Below, one piece after another: positions 51,390 through 64,000 of a DNA stretch of 64,000 nt (the first letter of the stretch is position 1; every line of letters begins with the position of its first letter). Position numbers and translations under genes: made by a program. The stretch spans positions 2,294,001 to 2,358,000 of the forward strand of contig OX597828.1 of assembly GCA_951406725.2 (NCBI GenBank). The letters run 5' to 3'. A model generated the notes under the pieces. The model saw nothing but the letters and a program-made list of their open reading frames with translations, ran no database searches and had not been told where the DNA came from. The stretch is from Octopus vulgaris (Eukaryota).

Positions 51390-51427
51390 TCTTTTACGTT
51401 TCGAGCCTACGCTCTTCAACAGAAAGA
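51390..51427 (-). ncRNA. minimal type I hammerhead-like motif
   Basis: TCTTT-CTGTTGA-A-GAGC-GTAG-GCTC-GAA-ACGT-A-AAAGA: perfect stems I and II, palindromic stem III, GUA site, A6->U in core. Confidence 0.6.
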
Positions 51428-51526
51428 TACACAGAAAAGAAACACGGAGAGAAACAAGGAGAGAGAAAAAAATGTATGTGTGTATGTATGTGTACATATG
51501 GGTACAAGGATGGGTATATATATGTG

Positions 51527-51629
<103 letters not shown>

Positions 51630-52305
51630 AGAATATAATATAATATAAAATATAAATTACAAAGTGGGACAAGAACGCAAAAACACACAAGGAGACGACA
51701 CAAAAAACCGACGGGTCACTCGAAGCCTCTAATCTTCAGTCGGGAACCGGATCATCTTAGTAATTTCGGCTGTTGTATATGTATATATAGATGTATGTAT
51801 GTGTATACGTATGTATATATACATGCCCGTGTGTGTATCTATGTGTGCGGGTATATATGTTTTTTGGGGGTGTATGTGTGAGTGTACATGTATATATGCG
51901 TATATGCATATGTGTGTATATGCATAGCGATTTGCTTACTTATGTATGTGTGTATGTACGTGTGTGTGCATAGGTACGTATGTGCGTGGGTTCTTGTACC
52001 TAGCTGCATGCACATTTTTCCATGTGTGTATATGCGTACCTATGTGCTTGTGTATGTATGTGTATATTGAGATATATATGTATGTACGTATACGAGTTTG
52101 TATATGTGCGGGCACGTATATATGTGTGTGTGTGTGAATGTATCTGTATGTATATATGTATTTAGTTATGTGCGGGTTTAGGTATCTGTGTGTAGCGGTA
52201 TGTATGTATATGTGTATCTGTATCGGTACTTTTATACGGGTGTATATGTATGTGTACGTCTGTATATATATGCATGCATATGTGTGTGTATGTGTGTGCG
52301 TGGAC

Positions 52306-52400
<95 letters not shown>

Positions 52401-53164
52401 GGCGGTGAGCTGGCAGAGACGTTAGCACGCCGAGCGAAATGCGTAGCCGTATTTTTTTATCCCTTTATATTTTTATTTTTCGTCTTTATTTTTTCGCTTC
52501 TTTATCTTTATTTATTTATATTTCCATGTTATTTTTCACGTCTACACTGTCACAAATACAGCTCTAGAACTTTAAACCAGTCACACGACATCCTTTGTAT
52601 CTTTATATACTTATATACTTATTTTTTTACATTTTTACTCTTTTTTTTACATTTTTACTCTTTTATTACATTTTGCACTTACTATTATCCTGTATAATCT
52701 TGTTTAGATTTATACATATACTTTTTCCTCTTTGTAATCCCAAATTCATTAAAGATTCACCCCCTTCCACTCCTTCCCTCTTTATCTCAACATCCAACCT
52801 CCTCATTCTATATCGAGTGAAAAAACGGTATGGACGTTTTGTTTTGGTGTCTCGCTTTGCCATATACGACTATGAGGATTTGTATTCCCAACGAAACTCG
52901 TCCTTTTCCCAAACTTCTCAAACCTGCTATAATGTAATACATGTCTTTGGTGTGGTAATTGTGCGCGGCTGAAAAAAGGCTATTGACATACATGTTACAT
53001 CAATTATGCATTGATATAAACTGTCCAATAAAGCCAGAAACATATGTACCGCTAAATCCTTTGCATCCTGTTTTTCTTTTGATAAATATACCCTATCACC
53101 TACACCACTAACTGGCATATACAGGTGCTTACAGTTATCAAGTATTCACCCTGAATTTTTTGTA

Positions 53165-53207
<43 letters not shown>

Positions 53208-53211
<4 letters not shown>

Positions 53212-53372
53212 CGGGATTCTTTCAGTTTCCGTCTACCAAATTCATTCACAAGGCTTTGGTCGGCCCAAGGCTATAATAGAAGATATTTGCCTGAGGTGCC
53301 ACGCAGTGGGACTGAATCCGGGACCATGTTGTTGAGAAGCAAACTTCTTACCACACAACCACTCCTGCATCT
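53208..53372 (-). mobile_element. SINE family B 5' half
   Basis: GACGGG..TTTCAGTTTCCGTCTACCAAA...CCACTCCTGCA. Confidence 0.8.
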
Positions 53373-53699
53373 ATGCTAAGCTTTTCGGCCAATTTTTCTA
53401 TTTCACTATGCTTCGTTCCATCCGGTTCAGTTTTATCGTGTATTGGCTGCGTAGGGAACATTTCTTACATGTTATGGAAAGCTGTAACATTTTTTTTCTT
53501 AGTTTTTAGCTTTGACACAAAATTTCTTGCTGCTTCTCTTCACAGTTGTTATTCATTCCAGCTTCTGTTTTTATAGTTTAGCTTCTCTAAAATTGTAAAA
53601 TAGATTTTTTTTGCTCTCATTTTGAGAGCTCTTTGTATTAATTTTCAATTAATTTTCTTTATAAGGAAGGTTACTAAAACCATCATTTTCGGTATGTTC

Positions 53700-55060
53700 T
53701 TTCACATACCCCACTCAGCAACATTTTAATGTCCCAATTCAGCTTGAATGGTTTACTCAGAACTTTACTTCAGCTGTTCGGAGACAGAATATGACCTACA
53801 AGACCTAGAGACTCACTCGCTCTGCAAAACTAGATGGCATTCTCCAAGCAGCGCACCACCTGTAAGACCATTATTTAGCATGCAAACGATGCCTTTGTGC
53901 ATCGTACAGCTCCCATGCTTTCCTTACTCCCAAGTTATAATCAAACATCCGAGTTACCAAAAGAATATCCATCAAAGTTATGAAGTTGTCTTTATTTTTA
54001 CCTCTTCTTCAAAGCAATGATGGCTTTGTAAACAATTACTCCATGGAAAAAGCCTCCATGTTGGCTTCCCGCTTTGCATTCAGCTCCATGCTACCCCTGA
54101 GTGACCAATACCTATCCTACTCAAATCCTATCCTGGATACTCAAATGCAAAGTGTGAAAACACCTCAAGTTGTTTCAAGAGAACAAAGCCACCGTTTTTG
54201 AAAGAATCCATTTCATTTCACACAGGCGTGGTACCTCAATACTCTTCAAACGCTCATTCACGGGGATATATCCTGACATTTGGAAGCACATCTTAGTGTG
54301 TTTCGTTCCAACGGATGGCAATTGCACAAAGCCAACCAAATATCATCCTTGTTTCCAACATCTCTAAGGTGATGGAAAAACTATTGACAATGACGTTCTC
54401 TATCACCTTGAATCTCTCTAAGTATTTCTCTCTCTGTCTCTGTCTCTCCCCCAACCCTAACCCCTCTCTGTCTGTCTGTCTCTCTCTCTCCCTCTCTCTC
54501 TCTCCCCTTTCCTCTCTCCCTCAGTGATTACCAGTACGGCTTCCGCAGAGCTAGATCCGCAAGTAACCTACTCTCTTATGTAAGTGACCTGTGGGGCCTC
54601 ACTTCAAAGAAGTTCGGGGAAAGCAATGTTGCTACTCTAAACGTCAAGCAAATCCTTCAACCCTAATTGATATGCAAATCTCCCTTTCCGCCTATGAGCT
54701 CCACACAACACTCATCTCTTAGATCGATAATTTCCTACTTGATTGCACCGTCGCAGCCATATGCTGACGGAACTCTTTCTTTTCCTTTCACTATCAGCTC
54801 TGGCACTTATTCAAGTTACTGTTTAGTGTGACTTATGACGTAAGTGCTTTTCAAAGAGTTTCTGACAATTATATCAAAGAAGTTCACGTTGTTATTGTCA
54901 TTGGCAAAATTATAGAGCATCATAGCGAGAACTTGGCCACATTTACTTCACTTACAACCAAACTAAATATTACATTTAACAGTCTCAAATATCTTCGCCA
55001 AACATTCATCTGTAACCTAGGATACAAAATAGACAATTATTCTCTTCTATGTGACTGACC
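53700..55060 (+). pseudogene. decayed LINE (CR1/Jockey-like) ORF2 RT remnant
   Basis: EKASMLASRFA, GIYPDIWKH, ISKVMEKL, SDYQYGFRRARS; many disruptions; boundaries approximate. Confidence 0.6.
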
Positions 55061-55585
55061 CAGAACCATTGAAACTCTTCATTAATTACGCAATGCTGAA
55101 TAATTCTAAAGACTACTGCTAGGTACTAGTTCAACCCCTACAAAGCCCAATATTCCATTGCAAAAAGCCTCCTAAATACTATTCTTCTTAAAACTTCAGT
55201 AAATCTCTCTCTCTCTCTCTCTCTCTCTCGCTTATCTTATCTTATTCATTGCATATTAAAACTGATTCTACTGGAACAGCAATTTCAGGATTCCTTTCAT
55301 AGAAATAAACTTGTCACTTTCTTCTCCAAAATTCTTTCTTGCCTTGAACAAAATCTCAAACTGTTAGGAAATGGCAATCTTTTGTACTGATCAACAAGCA
55401 ATCTCACACATAGTCACGAATGTATATGCAAATAATGATAAAAGTTTTCGTTATATCAAGTAATAATTATTCTACAATTATGACATTCGACAACGATAAC
55501 ACAGCTATTGATGTTCTTAACAGATACTACTCTATAAAATCTTCTCCTGGAATCGTATATTATGGCAATATGTCGAATCTAAGTA

Positions 55586-55820
55586 GGCGGCGAGCTGGCA
55601 GAATCATTAGCACGCCAGGCAAATACTTAGTAGTATTTCGTCCAGTTTTACGTTCTGAGTTCAAATTCAGAGTCGATAAATTAAGTACCAGTTGCATACT
55701 GGGGTCGATCTAATCGACTGCCCCCCCCCCCCCCAAAAAAAAATAAGTGCCACTGGGGTCGATGTAATCAACTTGCTCCCTCCCCGAAATTGCTCGCCTT
55801 CTGCCAAAATTTGAAACCAG
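55586..55820 (+). mobile_element. SINE family C, internally deleted
   Basis: GGCGGCGAGCTGGCAGAATCATTAGCACGCC...GAGTTCAAATTC...CCAAAATTTGAAACC. Confidence 0.75.
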
Positions 55821-56299
55821 TATGTCAGATCTAAGAACTTGTCATTTTCTTTGAAAGAGGTTTTAGTGCTTTAGTATTGACTTAAAAGGTCCTATACCCT
55901 CATCTAACACCGTAATTCATTTGTAGCGGAATGACGATCTTAATCTTACTTTATGCCTCGATATGCTTGTACACTTTTGGAGAACAATTATATTTTTCGA
56001 AGTAAAACAACTCTATGTCATCGTAGTGGAAACAGTCAGGTAGAACGTCTAAATGGAACTCTAGGATGAAATATCACACTTATCTACCCTACGTTCAAAA
56101 AAGATGCTAGAAAAACGATTGGTTAGCGTTTTATGGGAATCGCATTTTGTATTTAGATTTTTTCTTTACATGTACAAGTAAACTTATTTATTATATTATA
56201 ACATAAAATAATAGGCAAGAGCGGATATTATTACGAATATCAATCGGAATCAGGTTATCTCTATAAATATTCTATTGAATTCAGAAGTAAGTTATAAAT

Positions 56300-56920
56300 A
56301 ATCGAATATGTCTAGCGAAGATAGAAAAAACAGTGTATATGGATATTTCATGGATTATTGCCATTTCCTCGGCATTCCCTCGACACCTCATCTAACCCAT
56401 CGACTATCCACGAAAACATTGCTTAAATATCCACTACGTTTAGCAGTGTAACATAATTGGATAAGCTGATTTGCATATTGCACACTTTCCTGGCAATTGG
56501 TGCGTATATTTAACTACTGGCGAGACAATAGTATTTCGTTTTGTAACCTTAATATACTACTAAGAATATTATAGGTTTATAACTCAATACTGTGTCTAGA
56601 AAACAAATTACTGTTGCTCTGTTAGCAATTAAATAAATGTACCAGTTGCCAGGAATGTGCTTAATATGCAAATTGATCTATCCAATAATGTTACACCGCT
56701 AAACCTACTGGGTCTTTAAGCAGTTATTGTTCATGGATAATTGATGAGGTACTGATGAAAGGACAATGATCTTTGAAATATGCATATACTCACATTACCT
56801 ACATTTTCTATATTCGATTTGTATCGTATTGTTTACATAAACGTACTTGTTTACAAAAGGTCGTAACTTACAGTGCTGGCCTTGAATTCTACAGAAAGTC
56901 TATATAGATAATTTTAAGAA
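56300..56920. mobile_element. foldback/MITE-like element related to 6552-7133
   Basis: Shares AACCCATC.ACTATCCACGAA.ACATTGCTTAAATA..CACTACGTTTAGCAGT and CAGTTGCCAGGAATGTG. Confidence 0.65.
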
Positions 56921-57034
56921 AGGAGTATATAACACTCGCTAGACACAGTATTGGTTTATAAATCTATAATATACTTAGTAGTGCATTAAGATTACTAAAC
57001 AAAATACTGTTACTGCCAGCAATTATATAAATAT

Positions 57035-57115
<81 letters not shown>

Positions 57116-57867
57116 CATACACACACACAAATACTGTGGATGTAATTTTCTCGTAAGGGATTGTTAATAAGAATCCAGATATCCACTGGCGTTATCAAAT
57201 ATATTGAGATAAAGTTCTGCAAAATATATGTATAAACAGTCTAATAAATTATAAAGTTAACAAAAGAAAATGGAAAAGAAAAAATATAATAGAAACTTAG
57301 TTCATTTTATTTGTATCACAATGGAAAAGTAATGCAAGGTAAAAGTGATACATGTAAGAATAAGGATTAAAGAAACCGGATCAACACAACAAACAAAAAT
57401 ATAACCGAAAAAATCCTACACATGTTTCAATCTGACAGTATATTTGAATCATCAACATTCGAACGATTATAGATGTATCTTCGGGGTAAAGTAAATATAT
57501 TTTCCGGTCTTGAATTATGAAATAACTAATTTGAGGACGGTGTTTCGAAATTTTCGAATGTAAAAAACAACTTATTAGGACACGGGGTTCATGTGATTAG
57601 AAATTTATCGTTTTAAATTTAGCTAATATTAATCAATGAAATATTACTAAAATATCACAATACGTTTGAAAAATATATTTATAAATGTTTATGAGAGGAA
57701 AATGAGATAAAGACAAATGTAAGATACAAAGAAATAGATTGATATGTGTAAAGAAAGAAGGGCTGAAAAGTTTGATTATATTATACTACGATAAGGTTTT
57801 TTAGAAGTAATACAGAGAAATATTATAATATTGTTATTATTTAGGATTTAAATGGGTTATATATATA

Positions 57868-58077
57868 TGATTAATAAAAAACGAAGAAAAACACAAGAAA
57901 ATAACAACGCGTGCACATGGTGCATGCAAAGTATTAGCAGACGCTCAGGGAAGGAAGGAAAGGTAGTTTTACGTTTCTAGCAAAACTCATCTTCAGAGAC
58001 AGGAGACAGAGGAAAGTCCAAGAGAAAAGGAAGACGAAGGAAAAACTCGCCAACGATCCACATGTGGTTACCTTTTG

Positions 58078-58078
<1 letters not shown>
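57868..58078 (-). mobile_element. family D short element with canonical hammerhead core
   Basis: Minus strand CTGAAGA-TGAGTTTTGCTA-GAAACGTA-AAAC (57966-58000); homologous to 15397-15608. Confidence 0.65.
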
Positions 58079-58128
<50 letters not shown>

Positions 58129-58151
58129 ATTATATCTATGTATATATATGC

Positions 58152-58191
<40 letters not shown>

Positions 58192-58279
58192 AATATACAT
58201 CTATGTATATATACATATACATAAATATATATGTGTATGTGTGCTTGTGTGCGTGTGTATGTGTGTGAACGTATATATA

Positions 58280-59478
58280 CAGGGACAAATTGGGACAAAT
58301 TACAAATGGATATATTTCTAATTGTATAGATTTTGTTGGAATCTACATTTTAAATATTACCAACATGAATAATCACTATTTTGTATTTCAGATTGAACAA
58401 ATTGTGAATATTAATAAAGAATTAAACCGTTGAAGTGTAATTGCTGAATTATTCCGTGACAGCAAAAGTATTGGGGAGATTGTTAGTCACAAAGTATGCC
58501 AATTTGAAGAAAAGCCGGGATATTCTGAGAAAGACTCAGAGTCCTCCTGGTGACTGAAAATGCACACCTCGCTTCTTAAAAGATCGATGAGTCGAACCCA
58601 TCAAAATCGATGGCAAAGTTGGTTCAAGATCGAGGAATCAGTAAAATGACCATTTCTTGGGCTGTGAGACAAGACCTTCATATGAAATCATATGTGAGGA
58701 GATGCTGTAACATCCTAGCTACTCACCTCAAAGTTCTAAACTTCTTAGTTATCTGAAACATTGCGGAAGAGACGTGTGCATCTTCATACAGGAAAAGAAG
58801 TTCATGGTAGATGAAGTTGCAAACCGTCACACCTCACGAATGATAGTGTATGACACTTCCCAAGTTCCTTCAGTTATGCATAGCATGAATCCTGCTTCCA
58901 TTATGGACTTTGGAGCTATTGGAAATGATGGGAGATTGATGCCCCAACATTTTATTGAATAAGATCTTAATATCAACACAGCTGAGTATCTCGAAACCTT
59001 AGAAGTTTTGTTGCCTTGGATTAGGAAGCATTATGATGCAAGTCGAGTCATGTTCGTACAGGAATCTGTACCCACTCATTCTTCGAAAAGAGTGCAATAA
59101 TTTTTGAAGAAGGACTTGTCCATCTTTGTCCCAAAAGATATTTGGTCCTCTAGCTCACCAGATTTGAATCTGAGTAATTTTTTACTATGGGGCCCAGTTT
59201 TCAGAACTGTGTGTCTTCACTGAATGCTTTGTTGAAGTGAGCTTTTGGGAAAATGTAAAAAGGAAGAAATAATGATGGCATGCGCATAATTTCGTAAATA
59301 TATATGTGTATGTGTGCTTGGTAAAGAAAGCAAGTGGTATTCGCATTGAAGTAAAATAAGTGCTAAACACTCCACAATGAATTGGCATAAGCATAACATT
59401 TGCCGTGTTTGGCTTTTCTGAGTTTTACAAATTAGAATAAAAATATTTAAGTGGTCCCAATTTACCTGTTACACCATG
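58280..59478 (+). mobile_element. decayed DD37D (maT-like) transposon
   Basis: MFVQESVPTHSSKRVQ*FL..VPKDIWSSSSPDLNLS; terminal AAATTGGGAC / GTCCCAATTT; TA flanks. Confidence 0.65.
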
Positions 59479-59873
59479 TATGTATGTATGTATGTATGTA
59501 TGTATGTATGTATGTATGTATGTATGTATGTATGTATGTGTGTGTGTGTGTGTGTGCATACAATGACTATGGTTAAGAAACTAGCTTACAACCACGTTTG
59601 ACTCAATGTACGGTGAGTGAATTTGGTACATGGAAACTGAGTGGAACCTTGTTATATGTAAATATATGTGTGTATATGAGTTTTATTCCGCCTCCAACAT
59701 GTTCAATTATCGGTGTTAGTTTGTTTACGTCCCTGTAACTTATTGGGTCGGCGAAGAGACCGATAGAATAAATGCCCGACTTAAGAATATTAGTAATCAG
59801 GTCAGTTCGTTCGACTAAGTTTTATTTGCGGTGTCCCAACATGACCTCTGTACAAGGAAGGGAACGAGTGAAA

Positions 59874-59913
<40 letters not shown>

Positions 59914-60138
59914 TCTCACAGAAGTATGTACACCCCTAAGCACTTTCAGTGAAATTGCAACCACTCTGATAATATCGAAGGAAATCAAACGAAATATATA
60001 CTGAATAAAATATATTATACATGCAAACATTATACAAATTTGGAACACAAAACAATAAATATTTTTAAAGATATGAACGAAATGTCAATTTTCAAATGAT
60101 ACAAAAATATGTACACCCTAAAGGGTTATTTGCTATAT

Positions 60139-61321
60139 TCAATATTTGGTGTGATCGCACTTGCTTTCAATGACTGCATTAAGTTTTCGGGGCATACAGT
60201 CGACTAAATTTCGGCATATAACCGATGAAATCGGCCTCAATTCATCCTGAATGATGTCTGCCTGCTGTGTTACATTGCTGGGTTTTTTCTCCCCACCCTT
60301 TCTTTTTAAAACACCCTATAGATGTTCTATTGGATTTAAATCAGGTGACATGGTAGGCTAAGGCAATATACTTTTACCTTTTTCTTTTTCTTTTATTCTA
60401 GGCACAAGAACCCGAAATTTGGGTGGGTGGGCAATCGATTAGATCGGCCCCAATACGCAACTGGTACTTAATTTATCGACCCTGAAAGGATGAAAGGCAA
60501 GGTCGACCTCGGTGGAATTTGAACTCAGAACGTAAAGACAGACGAAATACCGCTAAGCATTTCGACCGGCGTGCTAACGTTTCTGCCAACTCACCGCCTT
60601 AATACCTTTAACTATTTATCTGATAAAAAATTAGTCGTCATCTTTGAAGTGTATTTAGGATCATTCCTTGATGTTCCTTGATGCTTTTCAACGTTGTTTT
60701 CTGCAACATGTCACAATAAAGCCTTGAATCCATTGTTCTCTCACTAAATGTGAGTCCTCCCACACAAGTCACATTTATACATCCCCAAAATATTACTCTT
60801 CTGCCGCTGTGTTTCACGGTAGATGCGGTGCATTTGTCGCTATTATCTTCACCTGGTCGTCGCCATACTCGTTTAATTCCATCTGACCCAAACAAGTTGA
60901 TTTTAGTCTCGTTAGAAAAAAGAATTTTATTCCAAAACTTCCGCTTACTCACATAGGTTTCGGCAACAGAAAAACTACTTGATTTATGCCTAGTAGTGAG
61001 GAAAGGCTTCCTGCGACCAGTGCGTCCATGAAGACCACACTGGTTCAAACTATGGCGGATACGCTCTTTCCACTTACATAGGGCCAAAGATGAAACGGCA
61101 CGACGCCGGACATCCAACACGCAACGTTGGATGTGGCGAATGTCACGCACGGGGTGACCTGGACGATGTTTATTGCTTTGTGCTTCTGAATTACTTTGGC
61201 AACTGTATTTACGCTAATATGTATTCATTTGCTGATTAACTTGTATCCTAAACCATTCTTGTGCAAATTAAAAATAATTTTCTTCAAATCTTCAGACAAT
61301 TCTTTTCCTTTTTGGTGCCAT
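60139..61321 (-). pseudogene. Tc1 transposase pseudogene
   Basis: MAPK.KELSEDLKKIIFNLHKNGLGYK; GLHGRTGRRKPFL; WNKILFSNETKINLFG; TVKHSG..IFWGC; SPDLNPIEHL; ..HTKY*; interrupted by a SINE. Confidence 0.88.
60395..60598 (-). mobile_element. SINE family C monomer inserted in Tc1
   Basis: Matches head/body of 16793-17510 and its terminal tail. Confidence 0.85.
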
Positions 61322-62287
61322 TTTAATCACAATGAAGATTTTCACCACGGTACACAAATCAGAATTCCTGCAGATGCAATAACAAAGACTGGTGCAAAAA
61401 TGTCAGTGTAAATAATTTATCAGAATTGAAATTATCGGCAATATCTGAATTTAGTAAAAAAAAAAGTGGATAGAATATTGAATATAGCAAATTTCCTTTA
61501 CGGTGTACATATTTTTGTATCGTTTTAAAATTAATATTTCTTCATATGTTTGAAAATGTTTATTGTTTTATGTTCCAAATTTGTATAATGTTTGCATGTA
61601 TAATATATTTTATTCAGTATAAATTTCGTTTGATTTCCTTCGATATTATCAGAGTAATGATAATTTTTTACTGAAATCTTTTTGGGGTGTACATACTTCT
61701 GTGAGATACTGTGTATATATATATATATATTTAAACTAAGCTAAGAGCATTAGACTCCTTGGAAGAAAGCAGCGAATGTATACGAAAACAAGGATGGAAA
61801 AAAACGGAGAATGTTACACAAATACAAATAACAGGACATACAACAGGTGACTTTCGACAAAGGACGGATTAAATTAATCTGGCGTGTGTGGAAGTAAAGC
61901 CTTACGGCAGGGATACAGGATTTCACAGGCACAGGAAGGAAAAGAGATGTTGCACGGACAGCGGTCGAACCAAGAAAGAAAGGTCAGGCTTGGCCGAACA
62001 CTGGTCACGGGGAAAGAGAAGAGAGAGAGAGGTAGAGGCAGAGAGACAGATGAAATAACGAGGGGCGAGAAAAAGGACAGGGACACAGTGAAGTGAAAAG
62101 AGGAGGGAAAGTAAGCATGAAGAGAAAGAAAGCAAATGTGAGAGAGAGGGAACGAAAGAACGAAGAGTGGAATGAACGAAGTAAACGTGAAAGGGCTGAT
62201 AGAAAGAAGGAAAGAATAAAAAATAGAGTCGTACAAGATTTAGATAAATATAAGCTTACATATAAGAGACCAAAGTGTACTGCGCCG

Positions 62288-62346
<59 letters not shown>

Positions 62347-62349
62347 GTA

Positions 62350-62448
62350 ACAATTATTCGGTAGCCATGATAACTGAAGAGATGGTGGTGTGAATTTCCA
62401 CCTCGGCATCCGAAACTCAGAGTTTTATCTTGGCTACCGTATAATTGT
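62350..62448 (+). ncRNA. type I hammerhead ribozyme with long stem I
   Basis: 22/24-bp stem I, CTGAAGA (62374-62380), stem II GATG..GGTGG/CCACC..CATC, GAAA (62412-62415), stem III ACTC-A-GAGT, GUU site. Confidence 0.7.
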
Positions 62449-62531
62449 CACCTATTACATTTACAGATAAATTCCTCTATTTACATAATATTGAGGCCTC
62501 TCTCTTTCTTTTGCTATCTTACCGTTTTTAT

Positions 62532-62566
<35 letters not shown>

Positions 62567-62800
62567 ACAAAATGGGACAAGAACGCAAAACATCCAGACA
62601 GGTGATAAAAAAAAGGGACAGCAAAACATCCAGATAGACGATACAAAGAAGGACGGGTCATTCGGAGTTTTCTTTGCCCAGTTGAGTTCCAGATTATCGT
62701 TGCAATTTCGATCACTGTCTGGATATTTTGCGTTCTTGTCCCATTTTCTATTTTTTATATATAAAGCTTATAGCGGCGTACCTATATATATATATATATA

Positions 62801-63240
62801 CATGGTGCGGTGAATATATTGTCGTCTAAATTACGCAAAAATGCAAATAACATTGACATCTCTTTTTAACAGATATATTTATCAAAATTACATAAAAATA
62901 TCTTGAAATAATAAAGAATAAATTTATTCAATAAAATCGCCATTGGTTTCGGCTGCTGCCTCCAGACGACTTCGAAATCTCCTGCAAATCTTCTGAGCGG
63001 TCTCCTTGTTTAAGTTGGTGAATGCTGCTATAATCCTTGCCTTCAGTTCATCATTGGTGTTACAAAGCGTTTTATTGGTCTCTCGCTCAACTGCGCCCCA
63101 CAAATTATAATTAAGAGGGATGCAGTCTGGGGAGTTAGGTGGGTAGATGTTAGAGGTCGCAGAATTTGTCTGACAACCATGACTGGATTATCATGTTTGT
63201 GTGGTATGAGGCAGAGTCCTGTTGCCAGACAGGTTTCTGG
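62801..63240 (-). pseudogene. DD37D (maT-like) transposase C-terminal fragment
   Basis: PPNSPDCIPL..WGAVERETNKTLCNTNDELKARIIAAFTNLNKETAQKICRRFRSRLEAAAETNGDFIE*. Confidence 0.75.
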
Positions 63241-63471
63241 GTAAATTCCCTTCGTCAGTACAGAACAATGGCCGGTTAGAGATGGCAGCCACTTGCTCTT
63301 GCTCACATCATATATTTTTAAAGCGATACACAGTCGCTGATCTCGTGGAGAGAAAAACAACTAGTTTTATTTTAAATCTCTGAACGAGAAATATCTAGTA
63401 ACAGCACCGTACAATGTATTTACCACCGCAGCATGGCAGTCGTACGTAGGACGACGTTACTACTTTTGAGC

Positions 63472-63540
<69 letters not shown>

Positions 63541-63549
63541 TACATACTC

Positions 63550-63941
63550 GTTACTCTCTTTTACTCTTTTACTTGTTTCAGCCATTTGACTGCGGCCATG
63601 CTGGAGCACCACCTTTAGTCGAGCAAATCGACCCCAGGACTTATTCTTTGTAAGCCTAGTACTTATTCTATCGGTCTCTTTTGCCGAAACACTAGCATCG
63701 GTTGTCAAGCGATGTTGAGGGGACCAACAGAGACACACAAACACACACACATATATATATATACTTATACATATATACGAAGGGATTCTTTTAGTTTCCG
63801 TCTACCAAATCCACTCACAAGGCTTTGGTCGGCCCGAGGCTATAGTAGAAGACACTTGCCCAAGGTGCCACGCAGTGGGACTGAACCTGGAACCATGTGG
63901 TTGGTAAGCAAGCTACTTACCATACAGCCACTCCTACGCCT
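63550..63941 (-). mobile_element. SINE family B, near full length
   Basis: Matches 50845-51289. Confidence 0.9.
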
Positions 63942-64000
63942 AATACATATATATATATATATATATATATTTAAAATAATAAGGGTGAAAAATTAAATAT

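Larger units (their letters stand above)
59909..61711 (-). mobile_element. Tc1-family IR/DR transposon (defective)
   Basis: ~235-bp imperfect TIRs (AGTATCTCACAGAAGTATGTACACCCC...) each carrying TATGTACACC direct repeats at both ends; in TA repeats. Confidence 0.9.

Noticed and set aside
52800-53150. Possible further PLE GIY-YIG fragment
   Set aside because: Only a weak CYNVIH..CGNC resemblance; too decayed to support

Overview
AT-rich, microsatellite-dense eukaryotic non-coding DNA; the SINE families and repeat landscape suggest an octopus/cephalopod genome (inference). No host protein-coding exon could be supported, and almost all short ORFs in the track are microsatellite or antisense artefacts. 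The one intact coding unit is a young, compact 4.26-kb Ty3/Gypsy LTR retrotransposon (38650-42906) with 276-bp LTRs differing at one base, an ACAAT TSD, and gag plus pol joined by a GGGAAAC -1 frameshift with a pseudoknot. It is nested in a Merlin-like MITE. Its primer-binding site has no TGG and is instead the exact complement of the first 12 nt of metazoan tRNA-Phe, implying priming by a tRNA 5' fragment (top finding). Also present are a ~112-copy 37-bp satellite with higher-order structure, apparently inside the LTR of an older Gypsy remnant; Penelope-like GIY-YIG remnants with many hammerhead-ribozyme-like motifs, several in head-to-head palindromes; Helitron, mariner, Tc1, DD37D, pogo and LINE remnants; and three tRNA-derived SINE families.
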